From NCBI GenBank assembly GCA_000182565.2, contig KQ257451.1: a stretch of 64,000 bases of DNA, one strand, 5' to 3'. Position 1 is the stretch's first letter. Each line of letters opens with the position of its first letter. This DNA is from Spizellomyces punctatus DAOM BR117 (Eukaryota). The translations under genes and the position numbers were made by a program. This document shows positions 39,361 through 52,734 of this stretch, one piece after another. The notes under the pieces are model-generated. The model saw only the letters and a program-made list of their open reading frames with translations, searched no databases and had not been told where the DNA came from.

Positions 39361-40984
39361 ATGTTCAACTGGATTTACGCACCACTATCAGCACGGCTTT
39401 TGCTGCGATCCCGAAGCAAGCGAACAAGTGAGACCGAACGGACCGAACAAGAACCAACACAAAGTCTTCGACATGCAGCATCTGCGCCGAATTTAGGCAA
39501 CAGTGCACAGTGCCGGACGAATCTAAGGGACCGATTGTCTCCCATTTTATCTTCTTGTTCCATTATTGAGCAAGTTAATTTGGAGACGACTGGGTTACCT
39601 CCTTATAGCTTTTTTTCGCACGGTCCTGGTACACCTTCCCAAGCAAGCCTAGACGAACCTCCCCCGTATCCCTCCCTATGCAGAACAACCATGTTGGGCT
39701 ACCGTGCCTTTGATTCCCCCGAGAACAGGTATGTTTACAAGGAGAATCTGTACTGTTTCAACATGATGATTTAGTTTTATTTTTTATTTCGACTACACAG
39801 TACATGCGTCATCCGAGTGCGTGATGCAGGAGACTTTTACGTCCATCAAGAGTATTTGGCTCCATACAGTGCCGTATTCCGTGACTTGCTTGACCCAACT
39901 CATTCTTGTCATCAACGGACGTTACGAATGAGGGCTGGGCGGGATGTTTTGTATTGGGTTATGGATCATGAAAACTTTTCTGGTTCTCTGAGTAATGTGC
40001 AAATGGATGGGAAGCGAGTATCTTTGACAGGTTACATGCAGACAGAACACTCATTGAGTAAAAGTGGTCAACCAGAACAGTATGATGAATCCCACGATGC
40101 TGACGATGAAGATGAAGACATGTCATCACCATTCTATCCCTCCCGTATGCTGATCACCAAATCCGCCTTTTGGGTACACCTCCGTCGATACAGTCAGCAA
40201 ATAAATAGCCCCGACCGTCCGTACAAACGATCCGTCTTCCGTACTAAGAACCGAGATTTACCTCGTCCAGTCCTTTACCTCTCCATTCCACGGCCGTCCA
40301 TGTTCCTCCCGCTATTGAAATGGTTGTATACGGGAAATCATCGGGCGTTGTTTATTGAAATTGGGAACGCTTCAAGTGGACGAGAGACTGCTTTTTTTGA
40401 TTTATTACGGAATGCCCAGGCTTTGGGTGTTTTTAACGAGTTTTACGAAATCTTGGCGGTTTACTTGCTAAATGTGAGTGTTGATTGGAAGAGTATATAA
40501 AATTAATTTTTGGCGCCGGACAACTCTAATGAGTATCTTTACTTAGTGCCCTGATATAACCGTGTGCGACCGGTTTCGCAAATCCACGGTCCCTGTTCAC
40601 CTTCTCCAAAGCTTTTTCGGACGCTGCAATTGGAGCGATACAGATAAACTGGCAGTCTTACTTTGGTGGTCTCGCGACGCCAAATCAATGCCCCAGTCCT
40701 CACAACTCGAAACGGTACACTCCTCATCCACCCACACACAACGAAGACGGACATGGGAAGGATGTTCGGAAACCATCGGTCTGTCCTCTACGCACAATAT
40801 GCAGATAGAGGAAGAGCTGTTTTTGCTCTATATCGATTATTCGGCGGTGCCAAGGCAGCATTGTGATGAGTTGCGGAAAATGTTGCCTGATACTTATGAA
40901 AGGATTGTGGTGAATGCACTAAAGTGGTATGTTGGGGCTCAACTTGTCGTGGACGATGCTAATAGGCGGAGCATTGAGGACTAG
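39361..40984 (+). CDS. Divergent BTB/POZ-domain protein with N-terminal PY motifs
   Basis: CVIRVRDAGDFYVHQEYLAPYSAVFRDLL...[insert]...LSIPRPSMFLPLLKWLYTG...LLRNAQALG; LPPY and PPPY motifs. Confidence 0.72.
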
Positions 40985-41140
40985 CTTCACATGATATCGT
41001 AAATACATTGTAGACTCTAGACTGTATCCATTTATTGTATTTAGTGTAAATCGCCTTACCCATGGCCCGTTAGATCGATAACTTTTAATAGCGCTCCCAA
41101 ACTCTATTCCACACTATGTACATGATGTTTTTCGTCCCAA

Positions 41141-41955
41141 TCACGCTTTTGCTATCTTGATTTGAAATGTACCTGAAAACCCCGAGAACCGCAACATTAG
41201 AATTACATATCCAACCATATGAACAGCGCACGCACTCCCTACATTGCGGTATCGTAGACACCTCAGCAATAACCACACTAGCGACACCAAGATTTGCAAG
41301 TGCCCCTCGGATCAGTCCACATGGAAACGCAAGATACTTGTCATGCAATCTTGGATGTCAGTATCGCAGATATGAAAGAAAGCGCAGAACAAATACGTAC
41401 AGCAAAGGCTTGTCGACTAATTTCGGCGCTTGAGCCGTCAGACGACATGCGGAGGAACCAACGGAAATTATTATCTGTCAACACATATACACCCTAATAA
41501 AAGTTTCATTAATAACATTATGGAAGCGAAAAACTGGTTCCCCATTTCTAGATAAGTTTTTTCCTACAACCAACCCGATGATTCGTCTTGAGGTTATCAA
41601 TCTGTTTCTTAAACAGCGCAATCCAATAATCCTTGCAAATGAATTTAACAGCATCTAGGGTATCAAGGAATCGTGGTCTATCTCTTGTTATTCTATCAAA
41701 ACAATAATTCAGTTCACCGCAGCTTCATTTATTCTCGCGTAAAAGCCAAGATGCTTTTTTTGGTGTGACTTACCGTTCAACCATAGCCATACCCACCCGA
41801 TACCCCAAACTCTCCAACTTGAAATACGCCGCCTCCTTGTCGTTCTCGGTCTCGGTTGGTGATTTGTGCATTACATCCACCATTTCCAAGACGAGAAGAT
41901 CGAATGCGGATTCTGCGACCAGGCGGCGATCATCTTGGCCTAGAATAGCTGACAT
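41141..41955 (-). CDS. TRS33: TRAPP complex subunit Trs33/TRAPPC6
   Basis: [66 protein letters not shown]. Confidence 0.97.
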
Positions 41956-42154
41956 TTCGGTTGTGACAATCTCGAGGATGAGATGCCAGGACGGTTACGT
42001 GGAGTAAGCGGTTGTGGCTTAGCTTGGAACGCGCTGACATGTTGAGGGAATAAGCAAGCGGAGGTTGGTTAAAAACTGTTGGGTGATTGTAGATCCCCAT
42101 TTCACTCTACGGCAAACCTGTTGAGAACGTCCCTACGATCGCATATAATTGAAA

Positions 42155-45100
42155 ATGTCAGATTCAGGTGCACCGATACCGAATGACAGCGATCCGACAA
42201 GTAGGGGAGGGACAACGACTAAATCGCGAACCCCATCCCGCGCCAACATTGTCAAATCCTCGTCCCGTGCCGCATCTAGAGTATCATTACGAGCTGGTGC
42301 TTCCGGCGTCGATCTAAGACCTGGTTCAAACGCCGATAGGGATTTGGGCAAGCGGGCTAAAAGCAAAGCATCCATTCGGGGTGCCGCTGAGAGTGAGGAT
42401 GAAGGAGCAGGAACTGGAGGGAATGGAGCTGGGGGGGAAGATACGGGTGCAACTACTGCTGGACCAGCCAATCCACCAGCGGGAATCTTTCCCCTATTTT
42501 TGACCACTATGACGCAGGATTTGTTTAAAGTACGGGTCGGGGAGGACGTGACAGCAGAGAAGCCCATCAAAATGATTCCCAAAGCAGATATTCTGAGTGA
42601 TTTGCAGGCAAGGCTTGCTATTGGGGATTTTTATCCTGCCAAACAAGCTATTTTGGTACGTTTTTCTTGTGTTATCTCAGACACTTTGAGAGCGGTATAT
42701 ATTCAAAATGCGGGTTTCTTTATTCAGGATTTTCCCGGCGAAGAATTCCTCCTCCACTACGATGCCGAGTTTAAATATGGACAAAACTTTTATCTTTGCG
42801 TGGATATGGATGCCATGGATGCCATTCTCCGGGTACGATCATACATTAATACGCCCCATCTTTGTTTACCCATCTAATATTCTTAGTCAGCCTGTCATGG
42901 AAGAAGTACCACCAGATACAGCAGCCGAAGTCAAACGTCCGGCATCACGTAAAAAATGGGAATCACTAGGAAGCGAGAAGGAGGTGGAATCCGATTGGGT
43001 GGTAAAAAACCGCGATTTGGTTGGTACGCTTGCTACTTGCCATGATTTTCTCAAACTCTCGATCAACTCATCTGTTCAACCTATTACTAGATAAACGTTC
43101 GTGTATCACGCCGACGGAGACATTTTGGAGCACGATGCAAATTCGGCGATCGAGATGCTCATGATGGGTTTTTAGAGTGTCGACCATTCAAGGATCCTAA
43201 TTATGATATTTCGAGGATGGAAATTTCGGAGGGTGTTCAGGTAGTTTGCCTTCTCTTCGTGTTCAGCTTCTGAAAATATTGTTTTTTGACACTCTTTGAT
43301 TGTAAGGCGGTACCTAGTCTGGTAGAAGCTGCTGTGCAGACTGCATGGTATGTTCTTTGCATGCATTCCTGTAAACGTTGTCCATACATTTAGGATTCAT
43401 CCCGGCATAGGTTCCGGCCGCTCAATTTTGCGGTTCAATACGAACCCATTACAATGTCTTCCCAAGAAAAGGACGCAATCATGCAATCAGATGAAATTGA
43501 GGATTTCGTACAAGCAGTTTCAATACGGTTGGTTCAAGGTCTACATACTTGTTGTGAACATGTACACAGCGATCTTGACTTTGCTCCGCGCGACAAAAGA
43601 TTCGAAAAAGCACTACAGCAAAATAGTATCGTGAACATTTTCCAAGATGATTATCAAGAGCTTGGGGAAGAAGACGTGACGCTCGAACAGGGGCCACATA
43701 CATACCTTCAGGTTTGTGTTTTTCATTTTCCAATGTTTCACATTTTCATTGCAACTCAATTAATCATTTCTCGTTAATGAACGCATAGGAGTACCAATCC
43801 TTCACGGACCTCAAACACAGCAAAGACCGGTGCATATCCTGCGTAGACTGGCATCCTACCATCAAAGGTACCCTTGAATCGGTATCGTTTTCGAAAATTT
43901 GGAACTCTGTTAATATACTTTTAGGTGTCGTGGCGATATCCTGCACGGAACGAATGACCTTTGACGAACGCGTGGAGAAGGGCCTGTTCTTCAAGTCACG
44001 AAAGTCTTTAATCTTGGTGTGGAGCTTTCACGATCCCATTCATCCCCAGGTACTCTTCTTGATTTCCTGCTCATATTCAGGATATAAAAATGTAATTGGC
44101 TGCTTTCCCTTGGAGCTTAGTTGATCTTGGAAGCACCAGAAGATGTCCAATGCTTCCAGTTCAACCCTCACGATCCCAGTATCATTGCCGGAGGTTGTAT
44201 TAACGGACAGGTAAATCGTATAGTCTTGTATTCAAGATATCCTCGTGTACACAAAGCTCACACTCCAAAACAGATAGTGCTATGGGACATATCCGAATAC
44301 ACCGATAAACTCAAAACGAGTCGTAAACCTGGTCGGAGCGATACCAGCACCGACGAGGATGTGAACTCCTTATCGGGTACTGAAGAGCGGGAGCGCGTCA
44401 CGGATACGTCCGTGTTGCATTGGGTAGCTGTTTCTTCGATTGAATTCAGCCACCGGAGTGGCATTACTGACATTCAGTGGTTGCCGAGGAATATGGAGGT
44501 ACAGTATTGCGATTACCTTGGTTTACTAGCCTCTGAGACTTCGAACTAACCCATCAGCTGTATCTGCTCAGTTGAGCCATACGGGCGAGATCCTTGAAAA
44601 AGGCGAACACGGGCATCGGGAGCTAGTCACGACTTCGGTAGACGGTCAAGTCGCGTTCTGGGATACGAGATATAAAAAGGATTTTAAGGCTCTGGATCTC
44701 GTGTGGAGGCCGTTTTTGCGGGTAGGATATCCTTCTGGTCGTCGATGAACCTGCAATGTCTGAGATTGTTGGTTGATTGCATATTAGGTTCCCCTGAGCG
44801 CAATGGACAACACCTTTGACTACAGCTTAACCAAAATTAGTATTCGGAGGGTGTTGGCCGACAAAGGGACTGCAACTACGGACCCAACCCAATCGGATGC
44901 ATTGACAGAAGTAAAACCGGAAACATTTTCTTCCAAATTCTTTTGCTCGACGGAGGAGGGGGATCTAATTTACGCGGATTGGGTCGCTGAAAAGGCCAGT
45001 GAGGAGAAAGGTTTGTGAATTCACAGTCGAATGCTCTACTACCATTTCCCCATCTCATCAAACTGCTGTTTTCAGCATCAAGAGTCGAGCACGCCTTCAG

Positions 45101-46158
45101 CTACCATTTTGGCCCGATGAGTGACCTTCATCGCTCTCCTTTCTTCCCCGACATTCTCCTAAGTGTAGGTGGATGGTCATGTCATATATGGCGCGAGGGC
45201 GTAACAGGAGGGTCACTCCTCTCCTCCGCGCCAACATCCAGCTACGTCATCTGTGGACGGTGGAGTCCGACACGACCCGGTGTGTTTTATATCTCCAAAG
45301 CGGATGGCACCATCGAGGTTTGGGATTTGCTAGACCGGTATGTACATGTTGGATTTTGTCCATGTCAAGTGGTGAGCGTTAACATGTACGTGTAGATCGC
45401 ATTCCGCTTCGTCGGTGCAAAACATTTCTGGGAGTGCCATTTCGTATCTGGCCGTCCGACAGTACCCAGGTTTGTTTATCTTTGGTGGTAGAGCATCTAC
45501 AATCATCGATAATAATCACGTTTTGAATCCGCAGGAAAATCTCTAACCCACAACCAGTTCATCGCCGCGGGAGACGATGAGGGAACGCTTCACATTCTAG
45601 AAGTACCAAGGAATTTGACAAAACCTTCCAAAAACGAAGTGAGTTCTATCCAACCTTTTTCCATATAATTACGAACAACCCTATTGATTCAACACGAGCA
45701 GAAAGCATTCGTACGAGCCTTTTTCGATCGTGAAGTTCGACGACTAGGATACGTGCGGGGGAGAAAAGAGTATAGGATCAAAGAACAAGCGAGATACGAG
45801 CAAATTGCTTTGGAGGCTGCCGCAGCAGTATGTCTTTGGCTAGCATTGCTTTCTTCGTCAACTAACATCCAACACGTTTGTCGTAGAAGGGTGCAAAGAA
45901 GGAAGCAGAAGCGGCTGTAGCACCCACCTCTGCGGGAGCGGGTCCACCTGGATCTGCACACTCGAAGTCTACTGTGGGTGGTAACATTATGATGTCGGAA
46001 GAGGAGGAAGAGAAGGCCGAGCAGGAATACTTGAAAATGGAACACAAGTATGTAGGAATTGCTGCTGCTGGATGCTGTGTGGAAAACGGATTTCTGATCA
46101 TTCTTGCATTTCCAGTTTCCTAGAGCTTGAGGGGCTTCTCCCGCCAGCTGCCACATGA
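42155..46158 (+). CDS. DNAI3: Axonemal inner dynein arm I1 intermediate chain (WDR63/IC140)
   Basis: GIFPLFLTTMTQ, EYQSFTDL, LILVWSFHDPIHPQ|LILEAPED, IIAGGCINGQIVLWD, RSPFFPDILLSVGGW, WSPTRPGVF, GDDEGTLHILEVP. Confidence 0.93.
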
Positions 46159-46420
46159 TAGACCTTAATTTTTGAAAGTCCTTGTTCTTGTTGATAGTTT
46201 GTTTAGACACATTTTAAATTCAACTCTTCGGTTAAAGGCCAAAATAGATTGGATCCAAGCACTTGTGGTAACCGTTCCCATCAGTTGGTAGCACCCTTGT
46301 CTCTTGAATCGCGGCCTTCAACACCGTATGCACAAGGAACATAGATAAATTAAGAAAAAAAAAAACAATGTGTAAGAGTCAAGAGCATCTAGATATCACG
46401 CCCCCTTGGACTTCTATATT

Positions 46421-47358
46421 CTATTGGCTGTTGACGATGCGGTTGTAGTGTGGGTCTAAAAGAGCAGAAAAGATCAGTCAGACCTTTGCCTCATGGCATG
46501 CGAGAATACAATGGAGACCCACCAATTTCCTTGACAGGGGTGGCTGTAGCAGCCAAAGCAGCAATTCCCGCAACACCAGCCAAAGCTATAAGAACTAGAG
46601 TAAGCATAACATTCAGGGTAGAGACAACAATGGTTCTCAAGTACGCACCAAACGTTTGTGCCATCATACGAGCATTGATGATTTTAACAGCTCGTGTAAT
46701 ATCTGTTCGCCGCCAGTTGTACAATAGGGTAGCACCCAATGTCCCCGCCCATCCATATCCTAATAAACCGCACATGCAACGAGATCTTGGTCATCAAGGC
46801 TTGTCAATGCTCATCTCAATGAACCTCACAATACTCACCAACAATTTGATATCGATACTTTTGTATAAGCTGGGACAATGACCGGTTGCCGTCAGCTTCA
46901 TCTACAGGCTTGGCAAAATCTTCCTTCTTGGTAACAGAGAAGCGCATGGCGTACTCCAAGTCAGCGCGCATAGCAGCACGGTCTGTCATGGACGTAAATA
47001 TTAGTTCACGATATCACACGCCAATTAATCCTTGATATATCGATGTAAGGACATACCAGTGACAGTGAAGAAGGCAGCAGTGGGAATCATCAAGGCGATA
47101 AATGTCTGGAGGTCTCAAAGTCAGCAACGCGCTACCATATATAAACAGAGGGAAGCCCACCTTGAAGGGAAGAGACAGACGCTGATAGAAACGGATATTT
47201 CTCTGTGCGAGAAGGGATGCTACCAATCCCGTAGGACCAGCAATCGCCGCCGCCTTTGCTCCCTCCATGAGCACCTTTCGGTGACGAGCTTCCCTGTCCT
47301 CTGGTGAGATCTTCTTGTGAGGATCATACGTGTCCATGGATATGGGTGAGGAGACCAT
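46421..47358 (-). CDS. RCF2: Respiratory supercomplex factor 2 (HIG1 domain)
   Basis: EGAKAA...FYQRLSLPFK, KYRYQIV|GYGWAGTLGATL...KIINARMMAQ|ALAGVAG. Confidence 0.88.
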
Positions 47359-48263
47359 GTTGACGGTTGAGTGATATGGATAAGATGTATGGAGAATGAA
47401 TGCGTTTGCTCTTGATACGTGGGAACAAGTTGGGACAGAGCTGCGAGACGAGAACAAAACGTCCAGTTTATAAATAGTCAACAACTGCAAAAGACATGGA
47501 TTCGAAGCGATATGAGTCATCATGTGTGATACAAACCAAACTCATTTTTACCATGGCAACAAGCGAGTGATTATGAGATGCCCGACTTATTCCGGCAGTG
47601 TCTACCAAATAGTTGGAGAGTCATTAGGAATGTTGAATTGGTGGTCGTCGTCGTTGCCTTTTACGCTTGCGAGCAGCGAAACTCGCTGCAGGCTTTAAAG
47701 TAGATTATTTAGATCGTGGCAAAGGATGGGTACTGCTTCAACAAAAACCCAAGGTGTCCCCCAGGGCCTTGAGATCATTAAACCCCCATGAAGCAGAACC
47801 TGCAGCATGGCCTCGCTTCCCTAAAGAGCACTCAGGTCAACTGGCGCTCATCCAAACCGTCAGCCATTGCATCCAAACAAGGGACCACCAACATACAAAG
47901 GAGCTCTTGGCCAAAAACGCGTGTTGGCTGCGTGGCAGTGTTCCTCAAAAACTTGGACTCAGCCCTAATTGCTTGCTACCTTTTGTGTGTGATGAGGCTG
48001 TTTTCGCCCCTTCCCCCGCTTGCTTTTTGCTTTGACTTGTGGAATTGCTGAGCGTTCCAACCCTTTTTTGGGACTGTTCTGCCGTTGTACCCACAACCAT
48101 GTTGCAAAGCCAAGCCATGTTGATACAAAAAGGAGGAGCAACCTCCCGCATTTCGCACTAGATTTCACTGCTGACTTTGACCATTGCAAACACATTCCAC
48201 ATTCCTAAAGAGAATACACCCTTTTGACAACCAGCGCAAGCAGACTTGCTACATATTGGCAGC

Positions 48264-50406
48264 ATGCATATACCCACATCAGCTCTGCTGCTGTTAACGT
48301 TGGGAGGCACAGGTAAAGAACTCAGGCGCTCTTGTTGCGGCACTGCACCGTCGACCACACTTTTGAACACTATTTTTTTTTTTTTTTTTTTTTGGTCCGG
48401 CTATACAGCTCGCGCCTCCCTCGCTCACAACCACTTGGCCGAGCTTCATGCCCAAGAATACCCGGCTCGCCCTCACGCTAACATCCACGCTGACCGGTAC
48501 TACTCCAACCGTTACAATTACCAACACGGCGACAGTTACTACCGGGAGCGTCCCGAATACGAAGAGTATTCAGAGTACTCTGACTACGAATACCAAAGGA
48601 CCCACCCGCACTTGTTTGGGAGTTCGGGTCGCTATGGCGGGAGGCAATCGATACGTCCACATGAACAGGGCGTTAGGGTCCAGGCTGCTGACGGTGAGTA
48701 AACGCACCATCTAATGTGGAGCAGTGGAGCATTGCCTTTGGGTTCTTGCATATGTCACATAATGGCTGTTGCCATTCGGGCCTTGCTTTGGGAATCTGGC
48801 AGAAATTTGTTTTCCGTCCATGTACTGATCCGATTTTATCCCAGGCTTTGCTGGCCCAGATGGTCTCAATGCTACCGATCTTCAGGCTGTGCAATATATC
48901 ATTATAGGGCAAATCGTTGGCGCTTCCAACGACAACACACAGGCCATGGTTCAAGTTCAATGCAACATTAAGGGATCTCCGGCGTTAGCGCGTGGGGGAG
49001 CCGGGGGACCTCCAGGACCTAATGGTCCTCCTCAAAACGGACCCGGTGGCCCTCCTCAAAACGGACCCGGTGGCCCTCCTCGAAACGGACCCGGCGGTTC
49101 TCCTCAAAGCGGACCCGGTGGCCCTCCTCAAAACGGACCCGGTGCCCCTTCTCGCTTGCCTCAAGGGCCTGGCGGACCACCAGGTAATCCATTTGATTTG
49201 GGGCCAGGTGGATCTCCTCAAACCGGACCCGGTGGGCCGCAAGGACCTGGGCCACAGGGACCTGGTGGGCCACCCGGGCAATTCGGTCGGCAAGGGCCAG
49301 GTGGACCGAATAGCAATATGGAAGTCCCTCCTCAATGGCGGCAAACTTTCGACAACCTCCCTCCTGAAACTCAAAACGACTTGAGGAACATGTTTGGACC
49401 TCCGCAAGGTCCTCCTCGATCGGGTAAGTGATTTGTGCGGTTCGTAGTGATTGGTCTAATCAGAAAGCTGATGATCCGCATGTTAATTTAGGTCTTTGGA
49501 AACGTCAGATGCCGAATGGCCAGGTACCCCCTGAGGGACCTCCGGGTCCTGGCGGTCCTCCCGGTGGTTTCGATCCTACTAATCCAGCTGGTCCTGGTGG
49601 GCCTGGAGGTCCTCCCGGTGGTTTCGATCCTACTAACCCAACTGGTCCTGGTGGGCCTGAAGGTCCTCCCGGCGGTTTCGATCCCAATAATCCTGGTGGT
49701 CCTGGAGGTTTTCCTGGCGGCTTTGATCCAACTAACCCAACTGGTCCTGGTGGGCCTGGAGGTCCTCCCGGCGGTTTCGATCCCAATAATCCTGGTGGTC
49801 CTGGAGGTTTTCCTGGCGGCTTTGATCCAACTAATCCCAGTGGTCCCGGCGGTCCCGGCGGTCCTTCCCGTGGTCCTCAAGGTCCCGGTGGTTTTGATCC
49901 TACTGATCCATCTGGTCCTGGTGGTCCTGGTGGTCCCGGTGGTCCCGGCGGTCCGGGGCCTAATGGTCCGAATGGCCCTGGCGGTTCAGGCGGTCCAACC
50001 AACGATACTACTCCTACGAACGGCCCGTCCGACAGCCAACCTATCCAGATATCTGGTTTCTCCCAACAATGCACACCGAGCGTTGGGAACACTTCAAGTA
50101 TTTCTCCTTACTGCATCTGCTGGCCGACAGCCAACGTACACCCTTGCCGGTGGATGCACTGGAGTACAGACCGCTTCCCGCGACACTCTTCAACAAGTCT
50201 CAAACGCCCTTGGTGCCAACCGGAACGAACTGGCAGGACGACAATGTGACGTTCTCCCGCCGCCCGGCCAAGGAGGCAACACGAATGGAACGTCAACCCG
50301 TCTTCAATCTGCTGTGGGCACTCAGAGTGCTGCTGGAAAGTCTGTCATTGGATGGAGTGGAATGATGGTTGCGATTGTCGCCACTCTGGGCTCGTTGTTG
50401 CTTTGA
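48264..50406 (+). CDS. Secreted, probably GPI-anchored Gly/Pro-rich repetitive surface protein
   Basis: Signal-like [16 protein letters not shown], Tyr/His-rich segment, GPGG repeats, hydrophobic C-terminus after SAAG. Introns about 48313-48408, 48694-48844, 49424-49491, 50082-50130. Confidence 0.8.
49003..49995 (+). repeat. Coding tandem repeats (GPGGPPQN)n and ([14 protein letters not shown])n
   Basis: 24 nt unit GGACCCGGTGGCCCTCCTCAAAAC in 49020-49140; GGFDP repeats in 49540-49910. Confidence 0.95.
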
Positions 50407-50850
50407 TCGTGTGATACATGGTGTGGAAAGGTGTGATTTTGTAGATTGCTGTGCTGCAGGTGGGCTCTTATGATGAGCTGCACATTTCAATATCTTCTTA
50501 AATACTTGGTCTTGCCGCCGTGTATCAATACAGATTCCTGTAAAATATCATTGCACACTGTTCATATGGACACTATTTGGATCCAGAATGCATCACATAA
50601 AGCCCTTGGGCCACGATTCAAAAAGCACGGCAATCATCAAAAATAATTCATCATCTTGCAGACAGCTCCGCTTGTTGAACCATGAATCATCGTTGCCATA
50701 ACAACAAGCTTGCGCACGTCCTGCCCAGTAGCGAATTCCGCTCAATCTTACAAATTCTGCAGCCTTATGCCCCACACTTGCGCCCCTGGCACTTCATCAT
50801 CTTCATCACGCACTCCATCACACACACCATCAACACACATCTCTTCAAAC

Positions 50851-51595
50851 ATGGTCAAGGCAGTCAGTGTTGTACGTGGTGACTCTCCTGTCACGGGCAC
50901 GGTCACCTTTACCCAAGAGTCAGACAGTGCACCTACCATTATCGAGATTGACTTGAAGGACTTGACACCCGGAAAGCACGGGTTCCATGTTCAGTAAGTA
51001 TCTTGGGAAGTTGGGGATAGTGAATAGTTTCTTGGAGATGGTGGATTCACGGGTCATGGCGCGTTAATCATGATGGGATTATTTGGTTCGATTGCTGCAC
51101 ATAGCGTTTACCAGTAACTTACAATGTTTCGAATGGGTTTCTGTAGCGAATTCGGTGACAACACCAACGGATGCACCTCCGCCGGTGGTAAGTTCTACCT
51201 TGGACTCGGTTCACATGGTTCACGCAAATCCTAAGTTGATGTTGTGAACAGGTCACTTCAACCCTCTCAACCAAACTCACGGTGCCCCCACTGACTCTGT
51301 TCGCCACGTTGGTGACCTCGGAAACTTGGTTGCCGGCCCTGACGGTACCGTCAAGACCAAGATCGAGGACCAACACATCAAGTTGATCGGTCCCTTGAGC
51401 ATCATTGGTCGTACGATTGTGGTTCACGCTGGTGAGGACGACCTTGGCCGGACTGACCACAAGGAGTCAAAGATTACTGGAAACGCTGGTGGTAAGTCTG
51501 AAAAAGGACATTGGATTCGCTAAAAAGGATGACCAGATACTGATGTGTTATTGGTAGGCCGTGTGGCATGTGGTGTTATTGGTGTTGCGAAATAG
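50851..51595 (+). CDS. SOD1: Cu/Zn superoxide dismutase
   Basis: [64 protein letters not shown]. Confidence 0.99.
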
Positions 51596-51864
51596 AGGAT
51601 TATAATTCATAGTTGTAACTGTGTCGGCGGTCACTTTTTTTTTGGCCATAAAGACTTTACATTGCAGAAATATCATATACGAATACAGAAATGCCGTGGC
51701 CTGAAGGTCTTGATACCAGATGGTAAATCTATTTACTATTAGATAGTGTGGCGGTGACAGAAACTGGCACTAGCTACTACACCAAGGAATAAACCGGCGA
51801 CAACCGGTTCGGAAAAGCTAAGCTACTACTAGGCAATTATACACGCAATACGTAACGGTTGGTT

Positions 51865-52212
51865 TTAACCGGATAATTGCCCACCACCACACACGGTCCC
51901 TACTAGGCCTTGATCTGGAACTCTTGATGGCATTGAAGCCAGACTCTTGCATCCAGGAGCGAATCGACTGGGCAGCGTCACAAGCCAGAGGATGTTCAGT
52001 AACAAAGGCTTGGAGACTAAAAACTGCATGTCAGAAGATGACCCGATGACAAGAAATGCAAGAAATGCCATCGATACATACCAACCAAGCTCAACTAATG
52101 TGGCAGCATAATAGTAGGTTTTGTTATCGGATCCGATTGGTTGCCACTGGTTCTGATCACGGTTGCTGTCGGGAGGGCGAGGTCCTCGACACCACCACAT
52201 CGGCGTTCTCAT
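51865..52212 (-). CDS. Possible small membrane protein
   Basis: TATATAAA on the minus strand at about 52343-52350, ATG in CAACCATG context, one hydrophobic segment (LGWYVSMAFLAFLVIG). Confidence 0.35.
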   Translation of the reverse strand: MRTPMWWCRGPRPPDSNRDQNQWQPIGSDNKTYYYAATLVELGWYVSMAFLAFLVIGSSSDMQFLVSKPLLLNILWLVTLPSRFAPGCKSLASMPSRVPDQGLVGTVCGGGQLSG

Positions 52213-52734
52213 GGTTGACCAAGTCGCGATGAGGTTGTGTGGGGCGCTATGAGGCTGCAATGTGGGTCGCAATGAGCGTTGTGCAGATGCTTTGAGAGTC
52301 GAGGGATAAAGAAACAAGAGGGAAGAAGACGAGGGGGGGGGGTTTATATAGAAAAAAGAGGGGATACATTGAGTCATGGAGCGTCATGCATGTGGCAACT
52401 GAAGCAGATGGCCGCAAGGGATAGTAACTGCAGTCATTCATGGCTGCATATTGGACCCGTTTTCTCATGATGGAGCATCTCTTGTGCATAGTTCATTTGC
52501 CTAAATCGAGGCATCTTACATTTCATTTCATTCGATCCAGTGGCTGCATCATCTGCAGACTGACAGTCTTTTTTGCCCACACACTATGTGCTTACCCAAT
52601 CTTAATAAGACCAAATACATCCTTGTGTAACAATCATCCAGCAAGCTTCCTTCCACTGCAACCCTCATTGCTCTGGAACTTCGCAAGACGCACCCGGCGC
52701 AAACAGCACGTTTTGACCACCAGCTTCACACACA

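Noticed and set aside
49003-49995. Collagen or CRISPR-like repeat; long alternative-frame ORFs
   Set aside because: There is no sustained Gly-X-Y period and no unique spacers. The shadow ORFs are by-products of the coding repeat.
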